From Callorhinchus milii (lineage: Eukaryota): 64,000 nt of DNA. The position numbers were made by a program, and so were the translations under genes. The stretch lies in contig NW_024704742.1 of NCBI RefSeq assembly GCF_018977255.1, forward strand, positions 67,334,001 through 67,398,000, written 5' to 3'. The stretch's first letter is position 1; each line of letters begins with the position of its first letter. The notes below the pieces were generated by a model. The model made no database searches, was not told where the DNA came from, and saw nothing but the letters and a program-made list of their open reading frames with translations. Shown here piece by piece: positions 1 through 13,369 of the stretch.

Positions 1-385
1 CCCTCTACCCTACAGCTCAGCTAACTCAGGCTTACTGTGTGACCCACACCCTCTCCACTCCACCATCGATGGCTGAGCGATCAGTTCCTAACCTCTGGAA
101 CACTCTCTACCATTCCATATCTATCCCTCCCTTTTTGTCTTTAAGTCCAGCCTCCAATCCTACCTCTTTCCCTTCTCCCTTGTTTGGTGTCCAACCTTGT
201 CTTTGTAAAGTGTGTGATATGAAAGGCGTGATATAAATGCAAATTGTTGCTGTTGCCTTTCATTCACTACTGAACATTGGCGAAATAGTGAATTGATAAC
301 CTACGGGCCGCTCTAAAACCAACCCAACATATGCTTCACTTATTGTAGCTGTTTCTGGGAATTGAACTCACAAAGTCTAGACTCC

Positions 386-700
386 TGACTGACACTCCAG
401 TGCAGTGCTGGGGGTTGGGGAGGTGGGGCTGTGGGGGATTGCATTGACAGAGTGCCATCCTTCAGATGAGACGTTAAATCAAGGCACCATCTGCCTATCC
501 AAGTGGATGTTAAAGATCCCATGAAAAAGGAAGGACGTTTCCCCTGGTGTCCTCGCTGACGATCCCCAAGATAAAATTGGTTATTCGTTTCATGGCTGTT
601 TCATTGGGTTGCCGCATTCATCTACAAATACACAGTAAATCCTATGAAGTGCTTTGATATGCCCTCTGGATGTGCAAGGGACTATATGAAATGATTATTA
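386..700 (+). mobile_element. SINE family A (Deu-domain), 5'-truncated
   Basis: gatgagacgttaaa...gttaaagatcccatg Deu-type core and degenerate L2-like tail. Confidence 0.75.
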
Positions 701-2327
701 CTATATGATTCCGACAAGATTTGTTTCACTCCACCTGTCCACGCTGGAGCCTCCTACCATTCCCAGCTCTGCCCGCAAACTGCTTTGATCAGCGGGCATG
801 AACCTTGCACAAAATACTCCCCCCTTTTTCTTTAATCATTCATCAAAGAGTTAAGCATGTCAAATTTGCAGCCATCCGCAAAGCTGCTAAACAAACCAGC
901 CTTCAAAGTGTTCACAGGTAACGGGGAACAATGGGGAACCTTCAGCTCAGGGAGAAATACAGTCCACAGGAAAGCCTGCTCACCTCAAGATACTGCCGTC
1001 TCCTTAGGAACCCACTGAGCCCCCCCACAGCGCAATAAGCTGCCTGCTCCTTTATTCACCTGCTGACTTACTGGCTACATCCTTCACTCGTTCTGTTTCG
1101 CAGACGAAAAGCAAAGATAACCGCGGGAGGCTAAGTATTCTCAGCATGGGAACAGCAACCAGCCATCCATCAGCTAACTGGTGAAATAGCAACTGTTCAA
1201 AATAACTCAGTACAAATATCTGATTTACTAGCCTTTTGGGTTCAACAATACCAGGAGGGAGTGGAGAGTGGGGGAAGCAACCTTCACTGGTCTGAACATG
1301 AATCACCTAGTTTAAGGCTAGGATATTGAATGGGCCATTATTATGGAGACTGTGGATACAATTTTACCTGCACTGTGCTATCAGTGGTATCGCTGGTGTT
1401 TAGAGTTGTCTTGTTTGGTAATGATAAAAGCTACCATGGTTTCATAGTTTGAGCCCCTTTTAACAGACTGAACCTCGCTGCCCCTCTCTGAAACCTTCTT
1501 CAGATGACATGTTAACAACAACTTGCATTTATATAACGCCCTCCACGCAATACAATACAAAATTAAATTTTTATAGCGCCTTTCACGTCGGGAGGACGTC
1601 CAAAAGCACTGAACAGTCAGGGAGTTGGCTATTAGGTATATGTTGGCAAGAGCCAAGGCTTGGAGATCCCAGAGTGTGGTTTGGGATACTGCTGGAGTCT
1701 AACCAGCTAAACCTGCTTAGCTTGCCATTGAGAGCACTGTCTGGCAAGATCCTGTGGCTTATCCAGCCAGGACCACTCAACTCTTTAGGGCTTGGCTTGC
1801 TGGGTTATCCTGTCCATGAGAGCGAGAGTAATTTAAGAATCACAGTCGCGGCAATACCCAAAAGGCAAACCAACGCATGAGTAAAAAGAGGAAGGAGGAG
1901 AGGGAGGGCAGATTGGGTCAGCAGATCGAAGAGGGAATTTGATAGCTATTTGGGTGAGGAAATCAACAGAGAGTTAAGTATGAGAGGTAGAGCAGTTTTG
2001 TACAATTTTAATCTTGTTTTACTTTAGGATCAACCAGATGGGCTGCAATGGTCACTTTTCCCCCTTCTCTACATTCCTATGTTCCCATGAACTTCCATCC
2101 TGAACTTTCTGTGTTTTGATAGAATTTGCACTCTTAAGCAGATGGGAAGTTTCCCTGACGTGTTCCCTAAATCCAAATGCAATGAGAGGTGTCTCTTTCC
2201 TCGCCTTTGGTCTTTGTGCATCTTCCCATCCCACCCCTTGGCACCCACCCTTCCCAAATCCAACCCCCAGCATCAGTGCAAACCCTTGACTGTCCAGCAC
2301 CTTGAGTCATCCTCCCAACATCAATGG

Positions 2328-2683
2328 TAATAATAATAATAATCTTGCATTTGACAAAGCGCCTTATCATGTCGTTGAGATGTCTCAAAGCACAGGATAT
2401 ACTGAATTGACTGTATTTTGTGAGCGAAATGTGGTAGCCAATTGCACACAACAGTGTCCCACAAATAGTCGTGGATTGAGTGACCACATTATTATTTTTT
2501 TTTGAAAGGATTATTATCGCCGGAAACTAATCTGTCAATCGATTAACAACCAGGTTCCTACTTACTGCTAGGAAACTAGAAGCATGTGGAGTAAGAAAAT
2601 CTGCCTAAGGTTTTACCCCACCCGGAAAACAAACCCAAGCCGCTTGCGAGGTGAGTGCTCTACTCAGTATATTACAGGACTCT
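2328..2683 (-). mobile_element. SINE family B (tRNA head, CORE-like middle, Deu 3' part, L2 tail)
   Basis: Reverse complement runs from gagtcctgta (head) through gtttgtgggacactgttgtgtgcaattggct to an (ATT)n tail. Confidence 0.85.
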
Positions 2684-3093
2684 GCATAGATGCTATATAA
2701 ATGCAAATTGTTGTCATTGTCCCCTTGTCTTGCTCTGCTCAATGGGTTAAAGGCAATCTATACCTATAACCAACTGTGTATCTGGTGCCAATGGGTAGCA
2801 CTTTGTGATTTCAGCAGGAAGGGGAAATTTTGCACAATAGCTGACAACACAAGCCTTGGCTCTTGCCAACCTGCACCTAAACTCTCCAGGATTAAGTAAC
2901 CAAGCTGCTTCCAGGGAGAGAGTGTTCACTCCAGACACAGAAACCGTACGATGCATGGAGCTCTCAGTAGTTTAGTTTGGAGATTCTTAAGTATCTTTCT
3001 ATGGGTTTCATCCCATCAATATCAAATTCTAGCCAATGTGACCAAAGGAATGCAACAGATCATCAAAATACCTCAGAGAGATTCCAATAAGGT

Positions 3094-3546
3094 TGTCCGC
3101 CCGGCTCAGTTGGTAGCATAGCACTCTTGTCACTCAGTCAGAGGTTGTTGGCTCAAGCCCCAGTTTGGGACTTTGAGCTCACAATCTAGGCTGACACTCC
3201 AATGCCGTGTTTGGGGATGTGTTACATTGCTAGAGGTGCCATCTTCAGATGAGACATTAGACTGAGGTCCTGTGTACCTATTCAGGTGAATGTTAAAAGA
3301 TTCCATGGCCCTATTCGAAAAGTGAAGGGAGTTTGTCCTGGTGTTCTGGCCAACAATCCCTCCAGATAAAACTGGTCACTCACTCCATGGCTGTTTGTGG
3401 GACATTGCTGTGTGCTAATTGGCTGCTGCATTCGCCCATAGAAACACAGTCACCCCACTTTACAGTATATCCTGTGAAGGACTTTTGGACATCTTCACGA
3501 TGTGAAAGTAATGTGAAATGTAAGGATTATTTATTATTATTATTAT
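3094..3546 (+). mobile_element. SINE family A (SacSINE1/AmnSINE1-like DeuSINE), near full length
   Basis: A box ggctcagttgg, B box ggctcaagcc, Deu core gaggtgccatcttcagatgagacatta...ggctgtttgtgggacattgctgtgtgctaattggctgc, (ATT)n tail. Confidence 0.85.
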
Positions 3547-3687
3547 CTTGTGATTTGAGTTCATAATCCCATCATGGAGTTCAGAACCCACAATTTTTTT
3601 AATAATAACAATAATCCTTCATTTGATATAGCGACTTATCAGGTCTTTGAGACATTTCAAAGCACTTCATAGAATATACTGTAAAGT

Positions 3688-3784
3688 TCTGACTAAAGGT
3701 CATTGACCTGAAACGTTAATTCACTTTCCTCTCTCCAAAGGTGCTGCTTAACCTACTGAGTGTTCCCAGCAACTTCTGTTTTTG
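3688..3784 (+). mobile_element. Short Penelope-like insert with minimal hammerhead-ribozyme-like motif, nested in a SINE
   Basis: 11-bp TSD tactgtaaagt (3677-3687 and 3785-3795); CTGACTA-aaggtcattgacct-GAAACGTT motif; similar to 35347-35445. Confidence 0.75.
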
Positions 3785-4269
3785 TACTGTAAAGTGAATT
3801 GACTGTATATTTTGTAGACTAAACATAGGCGTGAGACCTACCAACTGAGCCCTTGTTGACAACACTGATCTCGAGGCTAAGATCAGGGGAAATTCTGGGC
3901 CTCGAGTCTTTGAATATTCAGAAACAGTAACAAAAGCACATTGAGGCTTTCTGGCACTCTGAGCTCTATCCCTCTGGGTTAGCCCTGCACACAATAGTCA
4001 AGATGTAATAGCAGCAATTAATAATGAGGTCCATTGTGAAGAAAGAGGATGATCCAGCGCATAAATTCTCCAAGCTCTGGGACACAAATTATGTCAGTCC
4101 AGTCCCTCACATCCTGCTCACTGCACATATATCTCCACACTCAATCAAGACAATTTCACTCACTGAGTGAGCACAGCTTCACGACTGATTATCTCCACAT
4201 GTTAACCTTGGCCCGAATTCTCTTCCTAATGCTCGTCTGGGTCCACAAAGGCAATATTTTTCATGGCCC

Positions 4270-4670
4270 AAGAAGATTGTGGGTTCAGTCCCCATGTGGG
4301 GACTTGGAATCATGTAGTCTAACCAGACGCTCCAAGGCAGTGCTGCGGCTGTGTTGCATTGTCGGATCTGCCGTCCTTTGGATGAGAAGTTAAACCGAGG
4401 TCCCGTCTGCCTGTCCAGATGGACATTGAAGATCCCATGATACTATTCGAAAAGAGGAGGGAGTTTCTCCCAGTGTCCTGACCAATAATCTCCAAATAAA
4501 ATTGGTCACTCATTCCAGGGTGTATGTGGGACACTGCTGTGTCCAACTGGCTGCCACGTTTCACCCACAAAATACACTGTCAAACCACTTTGCAGTATAT
4601 CTTGTGAAGTGTTTTGAGATGTCTCAACAATGTGATCAAGTGCTGTATTAAATGCAAGGATTATTATAAG
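4270..4670 (+). mobile_element. SINE family A
   Basis: Same core and tail as 3094-3546. Confidence 0.85.
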
Positions 4671-4701
4671 GGAGCGGGCAGTGAGCAGGAGAATAATGAG
4701 C

Positions 4702-5046
4702 ATAATAATAATAATAATCCTTGCATTTGATATAGCGCCTTATCACATCTTCAAGATGTCTCAAAGCTCTTTACAAAATATACGGTAAAGTGAATTGACT
4801 GTATATTTTCTGGACGAAACGGGGTAGCCAACTGTGCACAACAGTGTCCCACAACCAGTCATTTCTTTTTATTACCCCAGAAAAGAGATCTGCCAATCGA
4901 TTAACAACTGGGTTCCTACTTACTGCAAGGTAAATAGAGGCGTCTGGATTATGGAAACTTGCCTGACGTTTTGCCCTGTCCATGAATCAAACCCAGGTCC
5001 TCTCGCTTGCAAGGCGAGTGCTCTAAACAATACACTACAGGACTCC
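4702..5046 (-). mobile_element. SINE family B, full length
   Basis: (AAT)n...ccttgcatttgatatagcgcc tail through tcgcttgcaaggcgagtgctcta...ctacaggactcc head. Confidence 0.85.
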
Positions 5047-7049
5047 ACAATGCTACAGGTTTATATAGAGATAAACATGGAGAATGTAGGCAGCCTGCTT
5101 CTATGCTGTAACATTCCAGGATTCATAACGTGAAGTACGGTACCATGGAATGATTGCATTTTGGCAGATGGTTTCATTTTGTGTTGGGTTTCGGATGCTG
5201 TCGTAGGAGGACAGTGGGGTGAGTATTCTTGAAGGATGAGATCAAATGGCCTTCTTCATCCACACTTCTGTGTAGCTTTTCTGTTCAGATCAAGGTTCCA
5301 GACAGCAAACCTCAAGCTATCTTCCTCTTCCAGATCTTTGCCTTCAGTCACTCTTTGGAATTCTCTCCCCAAAATCCATTTGATTTGTGCCTTTTCGCTC
5401 TCCATCCGAAAACCTCTTCAGAATTTTCCTCTTTGACTGTGTCTTTGGTCAACACAATACCTTTGGATTCCCTCTCCTCTCTGCTCAGTGACCCCCGTAA
5501 TTCCATCAACTCTGACCTGCCTCACAACCTTCCCCCATTTCCCCGTCTCTGTCCCCGCAGAGTCCTTCTGCCCCATTACCTACAGCCGAGCTGTCAGCCT
5601 CTTTGCCCTCGCTTTCTGGAACTCTCTCTCAAAATTCCTCTGCCTCGCTCCCTCCCTCTTTGACTATGCCTTTGATCACCTCCCTTCTCACTTTTCCCAA
5701 GCTCAAACCCACTTTCTGACTTGCATCTCATCCCTTTAAAGCCCTTTTTCTTCCCCTTGTATTTGATTTAACAATTTAATACCTTATCACATCGTCAAAA
5801 GTCTTGGGTCATGAGTCTTACTAGAAAGTAAGCATGTATTTGTAGGTAAGCACTGTAGCCAATTTACACAGCAATGACCCTCAAGCAGTCATGAAGTGAA
5901 TGACTGATTTTATCTGGGGGATTTTGCGGGCAGGAAACTGGGAGGGAGAGAAACTCCCTTCTCTTTTCGAATAGTGCCATGGGATCTTTAACAACCATTT
6001 GAATCCACTTGAACAGGCAAGCACACAGTCGCAGCATTTTAGACTGTATCCTGTGAAGCACTTTCGGATGTCGTCCCAATGTGAAAAGCACAATAACAAA
6101 GTACGAATTACTGTTCTCATTATTATCATGTCATTTAGATCAAGATTCCTGGTGTAGTGTCTTCAGCCACTATGCCCGAGGCTCTGGAATTCCCTTCCTC
6201 ATTCCCTTCACCTCGCCCCCTCTCTTCCTATTTTCAGGTCTCGGCTGAAGACCTTTCTTTTCGACCACGCCTTTAGTCATCTTTCCCCCTCCCCTTGGCT
6301 CGCCCCTGGGATCCGTTACTGTAAAGCGCTCTGAGACGCCGTCCAGGGTGGAGGGCGCTATATAAATCCAAGTTGGTGTTGTTGTGGACCACAACCCTCG
6401 AACATTACTGAACCTTCTTGTTTCGCCTCCCGGTGTCGTTGACTGGTGCTGGTGAGGGCAGTTGTAATGAATACATTGCGAGGTGGCAAAAGGCAATGCA
6501 CACAGTTCTGGTGTTTGGCAATGCCTGGAAACAAAGGCTTTTGGGAAATAGTGCAGTCAGAATTTTCACACTGTTGTTCCAGTGTAAGCTCATTCCAGCC
6601 TCTGTTTTGCACATAGGCTTTGATGCACTTTTCCTAAAAACCCAGCAGTGATCATTTTTCAGTGTTATTTTGCAGGAAGCGCATTATACTTTACTTTAGG
6701 TTTTATTGCACAGTTGGGGCAGGGAAGCAGGGGTTCGGGCAGATGGCAAGAGAAAGAATGGAAGCAGTGTGGTAAAATCTTAGAAAGTTAGCCAATAGCA
6801 AAAGACATTCTGTGCTATTGAATGAGCATCAACCAAATCAAGTTCAAGAATGGAGTGAAGGAATATAAAGCCATTAAAGTGGGGCAAAGGTCAAGTTACT
6901 GTCCTTTACGCCCTGTAAGAGCCACAGATGATTGTTACTGTGAGAACGAACTGTGATAAATTGCTCATAATCATTATAACAGACGCTGGACTCATTCTGA
7001 GATGATGTCATTGGGAAACGGTAACTTTGTGCTACGGGCCAGCTGCACA

Positions 7050-7430
7050 TTAATAATAATGATGATAATAATAACCCTTGCATTTGATAAAGCACCTTAG
7101 CATTTTGTTAAGACGTCTCAAAACGCTTCACAGAATATATTGTAAAGTGTAGTAACTGTATTTTGTGTGCAAAATGTGATAGCCAATTATGCACAGCATT
7201 ATCTCACAAACAGTCGTGGAGTGAGTAACCAAAAAAAAATTTCGGAGGGATTATTACCCCCAAAAAGTGATGCACTAATTGACTTACAACCGAGTTCCTA
7301 CTTACTGCTGGGTAAATAAAGGTGTGTGGAGTAAGGAAACTTGCCTAAGGTTTTGCCAAGCCCGGGACTCAAACCTGGATCCTCTCGCTTGCAAGACAAA
7401 CAGCACTAACCACTACACTACGGGACTCCA
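7050..7430 (-). mobile_element. SINE family B, full length
   Basis: Same head, middle and tail as 4702-5046. Confidence 0.85.
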
Positions 7431-8067
7431 CAAGCACGGATTAATAGGCACAGAGACTGGAGAACAAGTGCAGTGGCACGGTTTGGGAAAGGTTCCAGGA
7501 GGTGAATTGAGTTAAGACTCAGACAGATTCCCATAGTTCAGGGAGTGAAAAAAATCTCGTAAACGTTTGTGCAGAAAGAAGATTCTCAGACACACAGAGC
7601 GATTCAAACCCACCAACCCCTTCATAGAAAATCCAGAGTGCCTTTTTTTTGTTATATATATATTTGTATGTGAAACTATTTTATCTGGGCTGTTTCAACT
7701 GTGAGGTGCAGTGTCTGGTTTATAGCAAGCCTCTTTGGTGGGAATAGCCACCCGCGGGAAGGGAGAGCCAGTACTTTGCGAGTTCTTAGGGGAGAAAAAA
7801 GTGTAGGATCGGAGGAAAAGCCAAGAGAATTGACAGGTTCTAAAAATACGGTGCTTTGAGATGGTTCATTTACATTTCAGAACATTGTTTATCCAGCAAG
7901 AGGGAAACCAAGAGGAGCAAGTAGCCTGCTCAACCTCCACGAATGAGGAACTCTAAACTAATGGGCTGCAGTACGACTGACAAAGACAGAAACACATTTT
8001 TGTGATCTGAGTTCCTTTGACTTTGATATTGCGAAAGATGCAGATTAATTCCCCCACCCCTTCTCTT

Positions 8068-8430
8068 GGAGCCTGCAGTGTTTTAGTTAGAGTGCTCGCC
8101 TGGCAAGTGAAAGGACCCGGGTTTGATTCCTGGACAGGATGAGTGAATCCTTAGGCAACTTTCCTTACTCTACATGCCTCTGCTTACCTAGCAGTAAGTA
8201 GGAACTTGTTAGTTAGTCGATTGGTGGATTTCTTTCCAGGGGTAATAATCCCTCCAAAAAAAATTAGTTACTCAATCCATAACTGTTTGTGGGTCACTGC
8301 TGTGCGCAATTGGCTGCTCTTGCATTTCACTCACAATATAAACAGTCAATTCACTTTACAGTATGTTCTGTGACGTACTTTGAGACATCTGAACAACATA
8401 TAAAGCGCTTTATCAAATCCCAAGAATTAT
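8068..8430 (+). mobile_element. SINE family B
   Basis: ggagcctgcag...gggtttgattcc...ccttaggcaactttccttactc...cactttacagta. Confidence 0.8.
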
Positions 8431-9344
8431 TCTTCTCCTCCGCTGCCCTCCCCAACACCTCCTGCAAAGCCTATGGAAGAACTTCTTGACACTAACAAGA
8501 GTTTATATGTCTCAAAGAACTTCTCAAACTAGGCTGACACTCCATTGCAGTGCTGGAGGCCGCTGTAATGCCAGAGGTGCCGTCATTCGGATGAGACTTT
8601 AAACCAAGGTCTCGTCTGTGCCTGTTCAGGTGGGACAGGTGCACTTTATGTTCCCACAGCATTGCTCAAAAAGAGAAGGGAGATTCTCCTGGTGTCATGG
8701 CCAACAAATTCCACCCCCGCGCCCCCTCCCCCCACCCCTTCCCAGATAAAACTTAGTCATTCACGACATCACTGCTTGCGGGACTTTATTGTGAGAGGTT
8801 ATGGATTAATGCCGATCATCATAATAATAATTATAATCCTTGCATTTGATATAGTACTTTATCATGTCATTGAGACGTCTCAAAGCCCTTCACAGAATAT
8901 ATTGTAAAATTAATTGACTGTGTATTTTGTGGGCGAAATGTATATTTTATTGACTGGGCATGTCAATGGTGAGGTAACCAATGTCATTGTTTGGAGAACA
9001 ATGATATACACCCATGTGAAAGATTACAAGAGCCGTCCAGTTGCTTTGTAAAATACATCTTATCTGGGAAATAAACATACCACGCTGTGAGACTAAACAA
9101 TAGTGTAGTACTGTACATAAGTTGTAGTGTGATTGTTGCTGGCACCGTTTCCACATAACTAATGAAACCATTAAAGCGGCAAAGCAAACTATCGTGGAAC
9201 AGTGCTGGCGTGCTTTGTAGACTAAAAAGCACTGCCCTTTGAAGTGTCATTTATTATTCAGGATTACAACCAGCTACTTCAAACACAGGGTTCACAACGT
9301 TCAAAACCATTTCCTGCCTGAGCGCCAAACATTTCCTCCTTCTG

Positions 9345-10215
9345 AAAATAATAATAATAGTCCTTCCATTCGATGCAGCGTTTCACCACATCGCCTCATC
9401 ACATTTCAAAGTGTTTCACGGAATGTAACTGTGTTGTGACTGTGTATTTGTAGGCGAACTTGGCAGCCAATTTGTGCACATTCAATGTCCCACAAACAGC
9501 CATGAAGCGTATGACCAATTTTATCTGAGAGACACCGAGAGAAACTCCTTACTCTTTTCATTAGTGCCAAGGGATCTTTAAGGTCTACATAAACAGACAG
9601 ACAGGACCTCGGTTTAATGTCACATCCAAAGGACAGCACCTCCAACAATGAGATGCTCCACCAACACTGCACTTAAGCGTCAGCCTAATTAGGAGTTCAA
9701 ACTGATTTGAACCCAGAAACCTCAGAATCAGGGATGAGAGTGCTGCTAACTGAGCCAGGCAGGCACTGGTTATAATGCCTTAGCTCGACTTCCAATAATC
9801 CTGCAGAATGCAGTGACTGTTTACTTAAAGATGAACAAGGCAGCCTCATGTCGGGACTTGAACTCACGTAGACTAGGCTGACACTCCTACGCAGTGCTGG
9901 GGTTATGTTGCATTGTTTGCAATGCCATCCTTCAGATGAAATGTAAAACTGAGGTCCCATTTGCCTGTTCAGGTGAACGTTAAAGATACCATGGAACTAT
10001 TCAAAAAGAGAAGGCAGTTTCTTCCATGTGTCTTGGCAGACAATCCCCAGTTACTCCCTTCATGGCTGTATGGAGGATGCTGCTGTGCACAATTTGGTTG
10101 TCGCATTTTGCGTACAAAATACACTCACTGCTCATCACAGTAAATGTTGTGAAGTGCTTTGAGATCTCCTTCCAAGGTTAAAGGCACTGTTTCAACTGTA
10201 ACTATTATTATTGAT
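9345..10215. mobile_element. Two SINE family A copies in opposite orientation (about 9345-9760 minus, 9840-10215 plus)
   Basis: Deu core readable on each strand. Confidence 0.75.
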
Positions 10216-10499
10216 TAATAAACATTTACTCAAAAGGAGAATTCTTTCTGCAGGGAGGTGAGGAAGAAGGCTTTGAGGCAGAAGAGGACCCAAAACAGGA
10301 ACTGAGCAAGGACCCAATGATCTTTTCACATTCCTATAGGAACTTAGGAATTGTGAGCCACAAAAATTCCAAGTTGCCTGCTACAATAGTAATGGAGATG
10401 TTGACTAACCATGACAACCAATCTCTATCAATTAGTCTATAGGGTGTTCACAAAGTCCTGTTCTTGCCAGGCTTCACTGGCTTCACATCCCTCAGAGAA

Positions 10500-10925
10500 T
10501 CGAGTACAAAACCCTCGCTCTCACCTTCAAAGCCCTCCATGGTCTTGCTCCCCCTACCTCTGCGACCTCCTAATCCCATATCAGCCTGCAAACTCCCTTT
10601 GCTTGGTGGACACTGGCCTGCTCCAGATCCCCCACACTTCCTGCCCCACCACTGGCTGTCGGGCATTCAGCACCTCTGCTCCCACACTATGGAACTCTTC
10701 CACAATCTCTCTGCCTCACCCCTGTCTAAAGACCTTCCACTTCAATTGTGCCTTCAGCCATTCGCCAAGCCCCCCAATCCCACCCAGCCCCCACCCACCC
10801 CCCACCATCCAGCCCTCCTGACCCCAACTCCCAACTAGGGTCCAAAAACTCCTGACTGTCCAGCACCCTGGGATGTCTTTCCAATTGAAGGGTGCTATAC
10901 AAGTGTAATTTTTTGTTGTTGTTGC
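10500..10925 (+). mobile_element. L2 LINE 3' fragment
   Basis: Remnant of ORF2 C-terminus (TFKALHGLAP.YL.DLL-like) and (GTT)n tail. Confidence 0.8.
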
Positions 10926-11874
10926 CCCTTTTTTGTCTTACAATGAATTTTTATTTTCTGTTGCAGATGAGTTGAGTGTAACAATGTCTGACACCAGTAA
11001 TTTCCTCCTCACTCACTCCATATTACCAGAAGATGTCACAATGAACATGGTGACAGATCATTATCTGCCATGAAAATGATTGCGCTCACAAACACCAATC
11101 CTCTGGACGTCTAAATACAGTTAAGCCACTGTTAAGCGCTCTGTGACGCTACCCTACATGGAGAGCACTATATAAGTGTAAGTTGTTGTTGTTGTGAACA
11201 CTTGCACTGAATACAATGAAGTGCTTCTAAATACAATTATCATCATTCTTCCACATGTTTCAGTTGTTGGTCAGTGCACTGTAGAGAAAATCATGGGGTA
11301 ACAGGACTTTGTGAACACCCTGTACAACAGACTCAGGCTTAAGGCGAGAAAAAGCAGACAGTGGTGAAAAGTTTTGGGAGCCATAGGTCCAAAGCTACCT
11401 GTTTTTACTATACAATACTTGCCATATGTCATGACTCAATATGTCATGACTATTTTAGTATCTTTTTTTTCTCTCTCTCCTCTCTCACTCAAGTTTGATA
11501 TTTGAGAAAGTAGCATATTTCTCCTGGTGTGTGCGTATTGCTCCTGGAATTGGTATGCGTGAGCGCAATCATTTTTATGGCAGATAATGATCCGTCACAT
11601 TCTTCTAGTAATATGGAGTGAGTGAGGAGGAAGTTACTAGTGTCAGACATTATTACATTCGACTCATTAAAGTTGCTATTGTCTTAACTATTTCACAGGG
11701 ACTTCCTGTCTACTGTTTGCCGTTCTTTTAAGTCACTTTCTCACCCTTTATTTGGCCACAATGAATCACAGATATAAATCAGCATTGGAGACACACTTCA
11801 AGAACGGCTCCTTCTCCTTCTGTTTCTCTCTTTTTCCTCTTCTGTCTGCTCTCACCGTCTGTGAATGTTGGAGA

Positions 11875-12210
11875 ACCCTTGTGGGTGAACCCAGTAGCCA
11901 GTTTTGCACACAGCAATGTCCCACAAACAGCCAATAGAGTGAGTGACCAATTTTGGTAGATTGTTGACAAGGATATGGGGGGAAACTCCCTTGATTTCTC
12001 TAGTATGTCATAGGATCTTTAATGTCCACGTATATAGGCAGATGGGACCTTGGTTTAACGTCTCATCTGAAGGATGTCACCTCCAACAAAGAAGTATTGC
12101 ACTGGAATATCAGCCTGGAGTACATGAGTTCCATGTACCGACATGGGGGCTTGAATGCACAACCCTCTGACTCAGAAACAAAAGTGCTGCCACTGAGCCA
12201 GGCTGACACA
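11875..12210 (-). mobile_element. SINE family A
   Basis: ggtttaacgtctcatc core and ctgagccaggctgaca head on the reverse strand. Confidence 0.8.
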
Positions 12211-13369
12211 CAAACTGGGTCTCACAGCTGTTTGGTTTGGAGGCGCTTAAGACAAAAACAAGCAAATAAGAAATGGATCCCCAGAATAAACCTACAAAGA
12301 TTTGTTACATCATGTAATATTGCAACACTTTAAGTCTATCCCAGGGGGCTGTATCACTGCAAATTGTTGTGGATGTCACTAGCTAAAACAAAATGGAATT
12401 TCCTGCCCAGTGGGTTGCAGCAATGTGCCCACTCATCAACTGCAATGCTGAACGATCGATATGGCTAAAACTGCGTGAATCTTTGAAGACAACAGCACAA
12501 GCTAAGAATATAATAATAATAATCCTTGCATTAGATATAGCACCTTATCACATCTCTGAGACGATTCAAAGCGCTTCACAGAATATACTGTGACATATAT
12601 TTTGTGGGCAACACACGGAAGCCAATTTCTCACAGCAGTGTCCCACAAACACTGCGAGGCGAGTGCTCTAACCAATACACTACAGAATTCCACAAATCTT
12701 GAAGCCATCATCGCAAACTATGTGTATATCTGCTCGCATTGTCACTGTTAATGTTTATTTGGAGCAGACTGCAAAGGAAAGATAGCAAGGCTTTTTGAAG
12801 TGTAAGGTAGGTCATTGCCAAACTTGTTAGAACTCTTGTAAAAATTTACTCCATTGCCCTTGCAATGAATAAACTTTCAGGATTTCCATTTCCACAATCG
12901 TTTGTTTGTGCGACGCGGATAAGTGGACTAATTGATTAACATTTATTGGGCAGTGGGCTCCGAGCCTAATTTGAATGAGGACTTTTTTCTCAGCACAAAA
13001 GTAAACGTTGAGGCACAAGTTTATTGTCCTTGAATGTCAAATGACGCAGGCAACAGCATGACACAAATGATAAAATACGCTGCTAATCTTTTTAAAAACA
13101 TATCACATGTATTCTGCGATTCACAAAACAAACAAGTGGACAAAGAGGCAGCTAGCAAGGAGACAATCTTGTCATTGTTCGGGAGCATGTTAAAATAGTC
13201 TAATGGTTTATGCAACCCATTGATGGATCCTCTGTAAATTGCTCAAATTAAGACTTCCTATAAATAGTTCACTTTTCAAATGAAAGTGGACTTTTGTGTT
13301 GGGTGGAGAACTCCAGTGACTAACATTTTGGTAAAACACGCTCAGTATATCAGTCTGGCTGTCCAGTCA

